The notes beneath the pieces were generated by a model, which saw only the letters and a list, made by a program, of their open reading frames with translations, was not told the DNA's origin and made no database searches. Both the position numbers and the translations under genes were made by a program. Of a DNA stretch of 64,000 nt, positions 32,500-42,245 are shown piece after piece (within the stretch, counting starts at the first letter, position 1; each line of letters opens with the position of its first letter). Origin of the DNA: Nostoc sp. (GTDB lineage: Bacteria > Cyanobacteriota > Cyanobacteriia > Cyanobacteriales > Nostocaceae); NCBI GenBank assembly GCA_036918135.1, contig JBALDB010000015.1, positions 64,001 through 128,000 on the forward strand. The letters are read 5' to 3'.

Positions 32500-33139
32500 G
32501 TGTAGCTTAACTTACCACCAAGCCCAAAACAGTACTTGATTATTTTTACTCGCTATCCTCAACCAAGGAACACAAAAACCCGACTAATACCTGTTTTGGC
32601 AGTTGTTGGTGTTGCCAATCTTGAATGCCAAATGACTGAATACACAATATTTCAGGTTAAAGAATTGCAAAAAATTATTGACATATCTGTAGAAGTGCGG
32701 TTTGTAGATGGTGATTCGCAACTCATGCAAAACTCGCAGGACTGGATTTAGTTTATCAGTCTTAAGACGAAGGGGATTTGGGTTTGCGGATAGCGCGATC
32801 GCTTTTCGAGGCTTTTCGAGCTGGTGCAGAAAACAATTATCATCAGTACAGATTGTCTTGGAGTAAATATCCAAATTTTAGCAATAGCCTTTGAGAAGAT
32901 ACATAGATTTGACCTCGTATTAGACCCAGCGTTGGACTGTGAATATCACTAATTGGTTTGCAGCAACCCACTCCAGAGTTATTCGCTAACATCGAGTGGG
33001 GAACTGTTCAAGTATTCCAGAAAACCCTGGACATTGCCCAAAAACTGAATATATCACGTATGAACTTGCTGCCTTTAGCTAATGTTGACTAGCTAGAGGA
33101 TCTGCCAATTAGGGAACAAGTCTTTGATATGGAGGGATG
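32500..33139 (+). pseudogene. Decayed TIGR04282/DUF2064-type (CofC-like) transferase gene
   Basis: Motifs spread across frames: LIIFTRYPQPRNTKTRLIP; YQS*DEGDLGLRIA; IIISTDCLG; LVLDPALDCEY; LIGLQQPTPELFANIEWGT; NVD*LEDL. About three frameshifts and several stops. Confidence 0.88.
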
Positions 33140-33468
33140 AGGAGAATAAGCTAATAAATAAGTCTTACTTTAGATCTTAATGGTACTTATCTCAGTAAAA
33201 GTTACTGCCCTGATCCTTGACTTCTTCAATAAGTAGGGATCTAAATCCTAGTCCTGTATTACCCTCGTATCTTCAAATACTAGGAATTTTCTGAAGACAC
33301 TGGACATAACAAATGTTACTGTGGTCTAGTTGAAAACCAAGAGATATAGAGGTTTCAGTGTTATTGAATCTGCTTTGTGTTTCTACAGAACAGTTACGGT
33401 CATGGGCGCAATATTCGAGTAACTTGAAATATGAATATCATTCGTATTCACTGCAAGTTTGAAAAACT

Positions 33469-34311
33469 ATGGTTAACCGTTTTACTTCCGTGACTACTGC
33501 CCTTACAGTTAAAGTAGTTGGAATAATCTGCATTTTGTCGTTTTTTGTTGACTTTTTGATTCTCTTGTTGCCCTTTCAACCAACCGATCGCGGATGGCAA
33601 ATCAGTTTGGGGACAGCACTAGTAGATCGGGGAATCGTTCCTTTGGTAGGCTTGGGGCTTTTGTTTGCTGGGTATTGGATTGATAGCACTGATGGCGGAA
33701 GCGACCGTCCCCAAGGTATTGACTTAAGATTCCCAGCTCTGATTCTCTCAAGTATTTTAGGGTTAATGTTCTTGCTAATATTTCCCTTACACTTGAATAA
33801 TGTAAATCAAGCTAAAGCTCAAACAATTAATCGAATTACCCAAGAAGCAGATCAAGCAGAAAATCAACTTAACAATCGGTTATCGCAATTGCAAGCACAA
33901 TTAAATACTGAACAAGGAAAAGCTCAGCTAGAACAGCTGCGGAGTCAAACCAAAGCTCAGTTCACCGAACTACTCAAAGATGAGCAAAGATACAAGCAAG
34001 CACTTGAAAGCTCTCAAGTTCCTCCAGCAATCAAAGACTTACTAAAAAAGGCTAAAACAGATCCCCAAGCACTTGACAAAGCGATCGAACAACAAACAGA
34101 TACTCAAACTCTGAGAACTCAACAATTGAGCCAAATTCGCCAGCGCCGGGATGAAGCTGAAAATCAAGCTAAAGATAGTGCGTGGAAGTCTGGACTGCGG
34201 ATTGGTATTAGCAGTTTGCTGTTGTCTATTGGTTACATTATCATCGGCTGGACAGGCTTAAGAGGTAGGGGTGCTTTACAAGGTGGTAAACCTAAAGCTA
34301 CTGCACGCTAA
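33469..34311 (+). CDS. hpsJ: HpsJ family membrane protein
   Basis: Three TM helices with LVDRGIVPLVG, a Gln-rich coiled coil and a C-terminal TM helix; position in the hps locus. Confidence 0.82.
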   Translation: MVNRFTSVTTALTVKVVGIICILSFFVDFLILLLPFQPTDRGWQISLGTALVDRGIVPLVGLGLLFAGYWIDSTDGGSDRPQGIDLRFPALILSSILGLMFLLIFPLHLNNVNQAKAQTINRITQEADQAENQLNNRLSQLQAQLNTEQGKAQLEQLRSQTKAQFTELLKDEQRYKQALESSQVPPAIKDLLKKAKTDPQALDKAIEQQTDTQTLRTQQLSQIRQRRDEAENQAKDSAWKSGLRIGISSLLLSIGYIIIGWTGLRGRGALQGGKPKATAR

Positions 34312-34526
34312 TTCTTTCGCCAGTGCGGAGTGGGGAAGGAGCCAAAAAATGAGGGAGCAGGAGGAGAATTACTCCTGACTCCTAATTGCAGAAGACAGGA
34401 AACATCTTCGGCTTTGCTCCTGACTCAGCACTGGCTCAACGCCCGTTGACACAGCCTCTCGTAGAGAAGAAAGCTAACAGCACTCCTAACTTTTAATTTT
34501 TAACTTTTAACTATAAAACCTGGGGA

Positions 34527-35402
34527 ATGTTCTCAATTTACATACTGACATATAACGAAGAACTAGATATTGCTGCTTGTATCGAATCGGCGATGTTATC
34601 AGATGACATTATTGTTGTAGATTCATGCAGTGGCGATCGCACTGTGGAAATTGCCAATCGCTATCCTATCCGCATTGTTCAACACGCCTTTGAAAGCCAC
34701 GGACGCCAACGCACCTGGATGTTAGAGTCTATTCCCCCAAAGTATGAATGGGTTTACATTCTCGAAGCTGATGAGCGGATGACACCGGAACTTTTTGCTG
34801 AATGCCAAAAGGCAAGTCAGAATCCAGATTACATCGGTTACTATGTGGCTGAACGCGTCATGTTCATGAATCGTTGGATTCGTTACAGCACACAATATCC
34901 CCGTTACCAAATGCGCCTGTTCCGTCACGGTAAAGTTTGGTTTACTGACTACGGTCATACGGAACGAGAAGTTTGTGATGGTGCAACTGGCTTTTTAAAA
35001 GAAACATATCCCCACTATACTTGTAGTAAGGGTTTAAGTCGCTGGATTGAAAAACATAACCGTTATTCCACAGATGAAGCTCAAGAAACTCTATATCAAT
35101 TAGAACAAGGAAAGGTAAACTGGCAAGATTTATTTTTTGGCAAGTCGGAAGTCGAAAGACGCCGCGCCTTGAAAGATTTGTCTTTGCGTCTACCTGCTAG
35201 ACCATTGCTACGCTTTATATATATGTATTTTGTCTTAGGCGGTTGCTTAGATGGACACCCTGGTCTTGCTTGGTGTACATTGCAAGCATTCTACGAATAC
35301 TTGATTTTGCTCAAAGTTTGGGAAATGAAGTATCTACCAAAACCTAAGTTAGATGCAACTGTAACATTGGTACAGGAAAGTACACACGCTGATGCAATAT
35401 AA
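34527..35402 (+). CDS. hpsK: GT2 glycosyltransferase (HpsK position)
   Basis: SIYILTYNEE, VVDSCSGD, LEADER, WIEKHNRYS; name assigned by synteny. Confidence 0.72.
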   Translation: MFSIYILTYNEELDIAACIESAMLSDDIIVVDSCSGDRTVEIANRYPIRIVQHAFESHGRQRTWMLESIPPKYEWVYILEADERMTPELFAECQKASQNPDYIGYYVAERVMFMNRWIRYSTQYPRYQMRLFRHGKVWFTDYGHTEREVCDGATGFLKETYPHYTCSKGLSRWIEKHNRYSTDEAQETLYQLEQGKVNWQDLFFGKSEVERRRALKDLSLRLPARPLLRFIYMYFVLGGCLDGHPGLAWCTLQAFYEYLILLKVWEMKYLPKPKLDATVTLVQESTHADAI

Positions 35403-35450
35403 AGTCTGAGGCGCTCGTATTCATTAGAATTCACAAGCGAATAATCATTT

Positions 35451-35482
35451 GTAGGGGCGCACAGCTAGCTGTGCGCCCCTAC
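35451..35482. repeat. Perfect 32-bp REP-like (GTAG-type) palindrome
   Basis: GTAGGGGCGCACAGCT|AGCTGTGCGCCCCTAC. Confidence 0.88.
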
Positions 35483-35785
35483 GTGTATTTCATTTATAAT
35501 AAGTTAATATTTTTAACGGAGCTTTTTCAGAAAAGCTCATCGTCTAAGTATGTGAGTAATTTGCTAGACAAAATAATTCTTCAGCTTACCTGGTAACACT
35601 TTTACAATCACAAGCAGCTTTTCATTTCACGCGGTAAATTAGTAATAACTAAAAAACTTGTAACAAACATTTACAATTCTTACAAAGAAAAGTAACATTC
35701 TCTGAGAATAACGACTGGTTATTCGCTTGGTAGATGTCTATATGTATCCTTATAGGAAAATAGTTTAAAACAGGAGAATCGGGGC

Positions 35786-36499
35786 TTGGTAATCGATCGC
35801 CTAAAACAGAATTTAAAAAATGACCTGATTGCTGGTTTGTTAGTAGTAATACCTCTAGCAACAACTATCTGGTTAACAATTACCATTGCCAATTGGGTAA
35901 TTAACTTTCTTACCCAAATTCCCAAACAACTAAATCCATTTGATGGGTTACATCCGATACTAGTAAATGTACTTAATTTAATAGTAGGCTTAGCTGTACC
36001 ATTATTGAGCATTCTTGTAATTGGCTTGATGGCTCGGAATATTGCTGGGCGCTGGTTGCTAGATTTTGGCGAACGGTTATTACAGGCAATTCCTTTAGCT
36101 GGACAGGTATATAAAACTCTCAAGCAGCTTTTAGAAACAATTCTAAAAGATTCCAATGGCAAATTTCGGCGTGTAGTTTTAGTAGAGTATCCCCGCCGAG
36201 GAATTTGGGCGCTCGGCTTTGTCACTGGTGCAATCAGCGACGATATTCAAGCCCAGATGGCTCGTCCGATGCTAAGTGTTTTTATCCCTACTACTCCCAA
36301 TCCTACTACTGGATGGTACGCAGCCGTTCCTGAAGATGAGGTGGTGAACCTCTCAATGTCGATTGAAGATGCTTTTAAAATAATTGTGTCAGGTGGAATT
36401 GTCGCCCCTAATACGCACTTGGTTTTCCCAAAAGAGTCAGCATTGGAAATGAAACACGACCAAATCAAACAGCAAGTTATTCGTGTGGAAGAAACTTAG
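35786..36499 (+). CDS. DUF502 family membrane protein
   Basis: IAGLLVVIPLATT, VLVEYPRRG, VFIPTTPNPTTG, IIVSGG. Confidence 0.9.
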   Translation: MVIDRLKQNLKNDLIAGLLVVIPLATTIWLTITIANWVINFLTQIPKQLNPFDGLHPILVNVLNLIVGLAVPLLSILVIGLMARNIAGRWLLDFGERLLQAIPLAGQVYKTLKQLLETILKDSNGKFRRVVLVEYPRRGIWALGFVTGAISDDIQAQMARPMLSVFIPTTPNPTTGWYAAVPEDEVVNLSMSIEDAFKIIVSGGIVAPNTHLVFPKESALEMKHDQIKQQVIRVEET

Positions 36500-36621
36500 A
36501 CTCTATCTGGCAAAGTCATACGCAAATGCGTAATTTTGTTGTTGGACTGTGCCAAAATTGATAGACTTATAAGCTTGTGCCACCTGGTTAATCAATTCTC
36601 GCACAATCAACCCGGACTTTT

Positions 36622-37263
36622 ATGCAACCTCGTAAACCTCAACAAATTGCTCGTGAATTGGCACTTTTAAGCCTTAGCCAACTACCAGTAAACCCAAAAA
36701 AATTAGATAAATTACAAGACGAGCAACTGGTATCAAAGTTAGTGCTAGGAGCAGTACGTACCTTAACCACCGAAGTGCAAGATACCCTGAATAATGCCGC
36801 AGGCGAACTGCAACGCAGTAACGATCGCCTTTTAAGTAGCCAAACTCGTGCTTCCGACCTCAATACTGCTAGAACAATGCTCCAAGAGGCGATCGCATCT
36901 ACCCAAATAGCAATCAATCAGTTAGGTACGGCTGTGGATTTTCCAGAATTAATTCAGCTAGCTAATCAGGATAAAGAAGTCCGTAATTACGCTAAAGAGG
37001 TTGTAATTACAGTCAGTGAAAATCGACAAATTATAGATGAACTCATATCCAATGCCTTAGTAGACTGGCAAGTAACTCGCCTCGCCCAGATCGACCGGGA
37101 TATTCTACAAATTGCTGTGGCAGAAATGAAATTCTTGGGAGTTCCAGACAGCATCGCCATCAACGAAGCAGTAGAGCTTGCCAAACGGTACAGTGGAGAC
37201 GAAGGTCATCGGTTTATTAATGGTGTTTTGCGCCGAGTTAGCGAGCAGAAGAAAAGCGCATAG
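36622..37263 (+). CDS. nusB: Transcription antitermination factor NusB
   Basis: [38 protein letters not shown]. Confidence 0.96.
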   Translation: MQPRKPQQIARELALLSLSQLPVNPKKLDKLQDEQLVSKLVLGAVRTLTTEVQDTLNNAAGELQRSNDRLLSSQTRASDLNTARTMLQEAIASTQIAINQLGTAVDFPELIQLANQDKEVRNYAKEVVITVSENRQIIDELISNALVDWQVTRLAQIDRDILQIAVAEMKFLGVPDSIAINEAVELAKRYSGDEGHRFINGVLRRVSEQKKSA

Positions 37264-37474
37264 TGTTTCTATATTTAGTTTCTCAAGTAAGGAAGATATA
37301 GGACATGAGGATGCAGAGGGAGAATAACTTGTGACTCCTAACTCAGCACGTACTCAACGTCCAGTTGGCACAGCCTCTCGTAGAGAAGAAAGCTAACAGT
37401 ACTCGTAATGCCCCAAGTTCAATTAAACTCATTACTTATAACTTATAAATTCCATAACAACTAATACTGCCGCA

Positions 37475-39094
37475 ATGGTTTTTAATTGGTTCCGTCGTCA
37501 ATATAATGATTCCTCTGAAACCCCCTCTGAGAAGAAACAGGAACAAACCCCTCCTATACAAGAACCCCAACCAGAGACAGCCGAAACTTCATCAGATACA
37601 ACAACAGACTTGTTAGCGTTTGCTAAAGCCGCTTACAAAAATATTCAACAAAAACAACAATCCCAAACAGTAGAAACCCCGTCTGATTCAGCAGATGCTT
37701 TAGCACCATCAGAACTACCTGAAACTACTGAAACGGTAACTTCTGAAATAGAAACTCAAGCAATTGAACAAGCTACTGCCACAACAGAAACAAAACAGGT
37801 AGAAGGTATTCAAACAGTCACAGATGAAGAAAGTATAGAAGATTCTCCAATAACTGCAATTGCTGAGCAGTCAGATGTCAAAAGCTCAGAATTAACTGCA
37901 AATGAAACTCAGATAACACCCACCGAACCACTAACTACGCCACAGCCAACAGTACCATCCTTCTTAGAACGGGCGGCAGCAGAACGGCAAGCAAAGTTGG
38001 AACAACTCATAGCCAGTGCCATCGAAGTCCCAGAACCAGAGGTAGTACAGTCAGTATCAAAAGCACAAGACCAAACCCCTGTAGTGGTATTTGATGATGG
38101 GTTTGTCTGGTCAGCGGAAGTTTTAGCAGCCCAAGGTAGACGCGCGGAAGATGTTTCAATTGAAGAAATTACCTGGCTCAAAAAGCTGCGGCAAGGATTA
38201 GATAAAACTCGCCGTAGCATCCTCAACCAACTCAAAGCGATCGTTGGGCAAGGGCCACTTAACCAAGCTGCCGTATCAGAAATTGAGGCATTGCTGCTGC
38301 AAGCTGATGTAGGTGTAGAAGCCACAGACTTGATTGTCGATGCCCTACAGAAAAAATTGCTCCAAGAAGTTACCCCACCAGAAGAAGCGATCGCTTATCT
38401 CAAACAAATCCTTCGGGATATGCTGGATGCACCAGGGAAAACATCTTATAAATCTAGTTTTACCCCAGAAAAAGAAACTTTAAATATTTGGTTAATTACC
38501 GGAGTGAATGGTGCTGGTAAAACCACTACTATCGGTAAAATTGCCCATTTAGGACAAAAATCTGGTTATAAATGCTTGATTGGGGCAGCAGACACCTTCC
38601 GTGCTGCTGCAGTGGAACAAGTGAAGGTTTGGGGTAGTAGAAGCGGTGTAGAAGTTATTGCCAATCCTGGAAAGAATACAGATCCAGCAGCAGTTGTATT
38701 TGATGCGATCGCTGCTGCCCAAGCGCGTCAAACAGAATTACTTCTAGTAGATACTGCTGGGCGACTACAAAACAAGAAAAATTTAATGGACGAACTCAGT
38801 AAAATTCGGCGAATTATCGACAAAAAAGCCCCCAATGCCAAAGTAGAATCACTGTTGGTTTTAGATGCCACTTTAGGTCAAAATGGACTGCGGCAAGCCG
38901 AAGTTTTCTCCCAAGCGGCTCAACTTAGTGGCGTTGTTTTAACCAAGCTCGATGGTACTGCCAAAGGCGGCGTTGCTCTTGCTGTTGTCCAGCAATTAGG
39001 TTTACCTATTCGCTTTATTGGTGCTGGCGAAGGAATCGAAGATCTGCGCCCCTTTTCTAGCTACGAGTTTGTTGAAGCCCTGTTGAGCGGTTAA
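37475..39094 (+). CDS. ftsY: SRP receptor FtsY
   Basis: Acidic N-terminal region, GVNGAGKTTT, DTFRAAA, DTAGR, TKLDGTAKGG. Confidence 0.98.
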   Translation: MVFNWFRRQYNDSSETPSEKKQEQTPPIQEPQPETAETSSDTTTDLLAFAKAAYKNIQQKQQSQTVETPSDSADALAPSELPETTETVTSEIETQAIEQATATTETKQVEGIQTVTDEESIEDSPITAIAEQSDVKSSELTANETQITPTEPLTTPQPTVPSFLERAAAERQAKLEQLIASAIEVPEPEVVQSVSKAQDQTPVVVFDDGFVWSAEVLAAQGRRAEDVSIEEITWLKKLRQGLDKTRRSILNQLKAIVGQGPLNQAAVSEIEALLLQADVGVEATDLIVDALQKKLLQEVTPPEEAIAYLKQILRDMLDAPGKTSYKSSFTPEKETLNIWLITGVNGAGKTTTIGKIAHLGQKSGYKCLIGAADTFRAAAVEQVKVWGSRSGVEVIANPGKNTDPAAVVFDAIAAAQARQTELLLVDTAGRLQNKKNLMDELSKIRRIIDKKAPNAKVESLLVLDATLGQNGLRQAEVFSQAAQLSGVVLTKLDGTAKGGVALAVVQQLGLPIRFIGAGEGIEDLRPFSSYEFVEALLSG

Positions 39095-39180
39095 TGGTTT
39101 GTCAGGGGAAGTTTGAAGGGTTATGACTGACGCTTTCAGGCAGAGAGTTTTAAATCCGACAAAGTTGCCTTGACAGACCA
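39095..39180. mobile_element. MITE-like element (86 bp) abutting the ftsY stop codon
   Basis: Imperfect 21-bp terminal inverted repeats: TGGTTTGTCAGGGGAAGTTTG ... CAAAGTTGCCTTGACAGACCA. Confidence 0.55.
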
Positions 39181-39840
39181 CTAGTTGAAAAAGCTAGGAT
39201 TAAAAATTTTGCTTGACAAATTAATATATTTAAGGGTAACTAAATCTGGTATTATCGCTGGAACTAACTACAAACAAAATACTGGAAACAGCTTAAGTCC
39301 TAAAATCATCAATTGGTGCAACTAAACTGCTTCAAAACTCCCAAGTGTCCTCTTGGCTCCTACTTCCAAAAGTATTTATAAATATTTTCTGGAACAAATC
39401 TAGAGATTTCAAGTGTTTGATCGTTAGTTATTGGTCTAACGAAATAACAAAGGACGAAGGACAAAGCACAAAAACAAATACTTACTCCAAAAGCCATAGG
39501 AATTGTTCTGTAATTAAAGTATTTTTATGACTTGAGAGATATGCTTTAAAAATTAAATTGTGAAAAAATAAAAAACTTTGTGAACTGTTATCCCAAAGTA
39601 GAAATTATGATGAATTGAGTTTTAATTAAAAATGTATGATTTTAAGTGACTAACATTCAATTGAGAATGCAATAAGCAAATAAAATACTTATAAAAGTTA
39701 CCTGTTACGTCTTTATACTCTTGCTAAAGTGACAAGTCTTGTCTAAATATGGTTTAGCAATGCTAAAGCCAAAAGAGCCAAAAGATTTCTATATAATTTC
39801 ATATAATCTCAAACCTACCAAATAAAGTGTAATAGTACCT

Positions 39841-41232
39841 GTGCCTGTGTCTCAACTGCCCTCTCAACCCACTGACAATAATAGTAGTGCTGCGACTGAT
39901 GTCACACCAGTTGTGGCCTTGAAAGAACTCGTGGCAAGGTTGCACCGGGAACAGAATAAAATTCAAGATTTACTCAGTTCTTTAGGATTTGCCCTCAGAA
40001 GCTTCAATAATTTGAATCAGTTTTTGGAACTGATCCCACTGATGGCAACAAGAGTAACAGATGCTGATGGCAGTGCCTTGTTTCTCTACAAACCAAATGG
40101 TCAAGTCAGGTTAGAGCAACTACACTGGCAAGATAGTCACCAGCGTAAGAATATCCGCAAAGCGTTAGAGATAGCCAGCAGTCAAATCACACTTGTGCCC
40201 AATACTGCCCCAATAGCAAATGGTACAGGAATTTTGGATGACCAAATGCATCGCTATTTGGGGCCAGATGTGCAAATATTTGGTACAGCGATTTTGGTAA
40301 AGCATACAGAACGGGGTTGGTTGTATGTTTTAAGCCGCGACCCAGAATATAGTTGGACAGAGACTAGGCAAAAGTTAGTTAGGTTAGTGGCAGATCAAAC
40401 AGCAGTCGCGATCGAAAATGATGAACTAGCTGTAGAACTTAGAAAAAAAGAACGTTTAGACCAAGAACTAGAAATTGGTGCAGAAATTCAACGGCGACTT
40501 CTACCACGGCAATGTCCTACGATTCCTGGTGCAGTGCTAGCAGCACGCTGTAAACCTGCAAATCGTGTGGGTGGAGACTATTACGACTTTATCGCTACCA
40601 ATAATAATCAGATTCAGCTAAACACCAGAGGCGGCGCAGGAAACGGTCGTTGGGGTTTGGTAATTGGTGATGTTATGGGCAAAGGTGTTCCTGCTGGGCT
40701 AATTATGACGATGATGCGGGGAATGCTACGAGGAGAAGTACTACACGGTAATTCTCCAGCCAGAATTCTGCAAAACTTAAATCGAGTTATGTATGCGGAC
40801 TTAGAAAATTCTCATCGCTTTGTAACGCTATTTTACTCAGAATACAATCCTCAAAATCGAACTTTATCCTATAGCAATGCGGCACACAATCCTCCTTTGT
40901 GGTGGCACGCAGCTACGAAAACTGTCAGCCGTTTAGATACTTTAGGGATGCTAATTGGTTTAGATGCAAACAGCCAATATGAAGATGCCCAGGCACAGTT
41001 AGAACCTGGGGATACAATTATTTACTATACAGATGGCTTGACTGATGCTGCTGCTGCTAGTGGCGATCGCTTTGACGAAGAAAACTTTATTGCTGACTTC
41101 AATACAGCTTGTAAGTATTGTAATGGGCCGCAGGAAATTGTCGATTATTTATTTGACCAAGTTCAAAAATTCATCGGTGCTGAAAAACAAAATACCGATG
41201 ATATGACATTAGTTGTTTTACAAATTCTTTAG
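39841..41232 (+). CDS. GAF plus PP2C (SpoIIE/RsbU-type) Ser/Thr phosphatase
   Basis: VGGDYYD, IGDVMGKG, NAAHNPP, YTDGLTDA and DDMTLVV motifs. Confidence 0.93.
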   Translation: MPVSQLPSQPTDNNSSAATDVTPVVALKELVARLHREQNKIQDLLSSLGFALRSFNNLNQFLELIPLMATRVTDADGSALFLYKPNGQVRLEQLHWQDSHQRKNIRKALEIASSQITLVPNTAPIANGTGILDDQMHRYLGPDVQIFGTAILVKHTERGWLYVLSRDPEYSWTETRQKLVRLVADQTAVAIENDELAVELRKKERLDQELEIGAEIQRRLLPRQCPTIPGAVLAARCKPANRVGGDYYDFIATNNNQIQLNTRGGAGNGRWGLVIGDVMGKGVPAGLIMTMMRGMLRGEVLHGNSPARILQNLNRVMYADLENSHRFVTLFYSEYNPQNRTLSYSNAAHNPPLWWHAATKTVSRLDTLGMLIGLDANSQYEDAQAQLEPGDTIIYYTDGLTDAAAASGDRFDEENFIADFNTACKYCNGPQEIVDYLFDQVQKFIGAEKQNTDDMTLVVLQIL

Positions 41233-41561
41233 TTATTTGTCATTAGTCATTTGTCCTTTGTCCTCTCCTGCAAAGTTGAACCACCGCTTTGGGCGGGTCT
41301 TGTGTCTTCTTGAGTGACGTCTGTTGGCAGGAAACCTCCGAGTGGTGATGACTTTGCGCTTTATTATTCACTAATGACCAATGACTAACATCAAAACACA
41401 ATCGTGTAACCTTGGTTTTGGGTATCTTTGTTGGTATAAGAAACACCATCAATCTTGAGTCCTTTGTCATCAAGAAGGGTAATGATACCGCCATTATTGT
41501 CCAGTTGGACACCGTCTTTGGCTGTTCGCTGTTAAAGATATATCTATTGGTTATTAGCTAA

Positions 41562-42245
41562 TTATGCAGTTTGCTCTGGTTCTGTAGCTAAATTTTGTCC
41601 AATTTTTGGTTCATTACCAGCAATTAGTCGTTCAATATTACTGCGATGGCGGAAAATTACATACAACCCGCCAGCAATTCCAAATAGAACATAAGGTAAA
41701 GGTTGATGCAAAAGCAACATGAAAATAGAAACAGCGATCGCACCTGCAATTGAACTCAAAGAAACAATCCGCGATATCGCCACGACGACGGCAAATACAC
41801 CCACTGTTGCTAAACCTACCTGCCAATTCATTGCTAACAAAATCCCTAAGCTAGTAGCAACGGATTTACCACCAGTGAAGCCTAAAAAAATCGATTTACT
41901 GTGTCCAAGGATGGCAGCAAAACCAGCTAAAGTTATTAACCACGGTTGCCATATCTTTACATCTACCGTTGGGGGTATAAAATTTTGACTAATGGCAAAA
42001 TTGCATAACCAATAAAATAGAGCGATCGCTAATACTCCCTTCAAAGAATCAAGTACTAAAACGAATGCTCCTGGCCCTTTGCCTAAGGTTCTTAGCACAT
42101 TTGTTGCCCCAGTAGAACCCGAACCAACTTCTCGAATATCAATACCTTTTAACTGCTTGACAGCAATATACCCGGTGGGAAAGGAACCCAGCAGGTAAGC
42201 TACAAGTACAATTACCCCGCATAGAGTTAACCAGATAGCCATCAT
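41562..42245 (-). CDS. plsY: Glycerol-3-phosphate acyltransferase PlsY
   Basis: YLLGSFP, GSGSTGATN, GHSKS..GGKSVAT, RHRSNIERL. Confidence 0.96.
   Translation of the reverse strand: MMAIWLTLCGVIVLVAYLLGSFPTGYIAVKQLKGIDIREVGSGSTGATNVLRTLGKGPGAFVLVLDSLKGVLAIALFYWLCNFAISQNFIPPTVDVKIWQPWLITLAGFAAILGHSKSIFLGFTGGKSVATSLGILLAMNWQVGLATVGVFAVVVAISRIVSLSSIAGAIAVSIFMLLLHQPLPYVLFGIAGGLYVIFRHRSNIERLIAGNEPKIGQNLATEPEQTA

Noticed and set aside
32536..32751. 71-aa ORF treated as an independent gene
   Set aside because: It is the first fragment of the frameshifted transferase pseudogene.
35719..36225. 168-aa antisense ORF
   Set aside because: Shadow of the well-conserved DUF502 gene; no recognisable motifs.
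41243..41512. 89-aa minus-strand ORF after plsY
   Set aside because: Runs through STRR and nested-repeat DNA; likely spurious.
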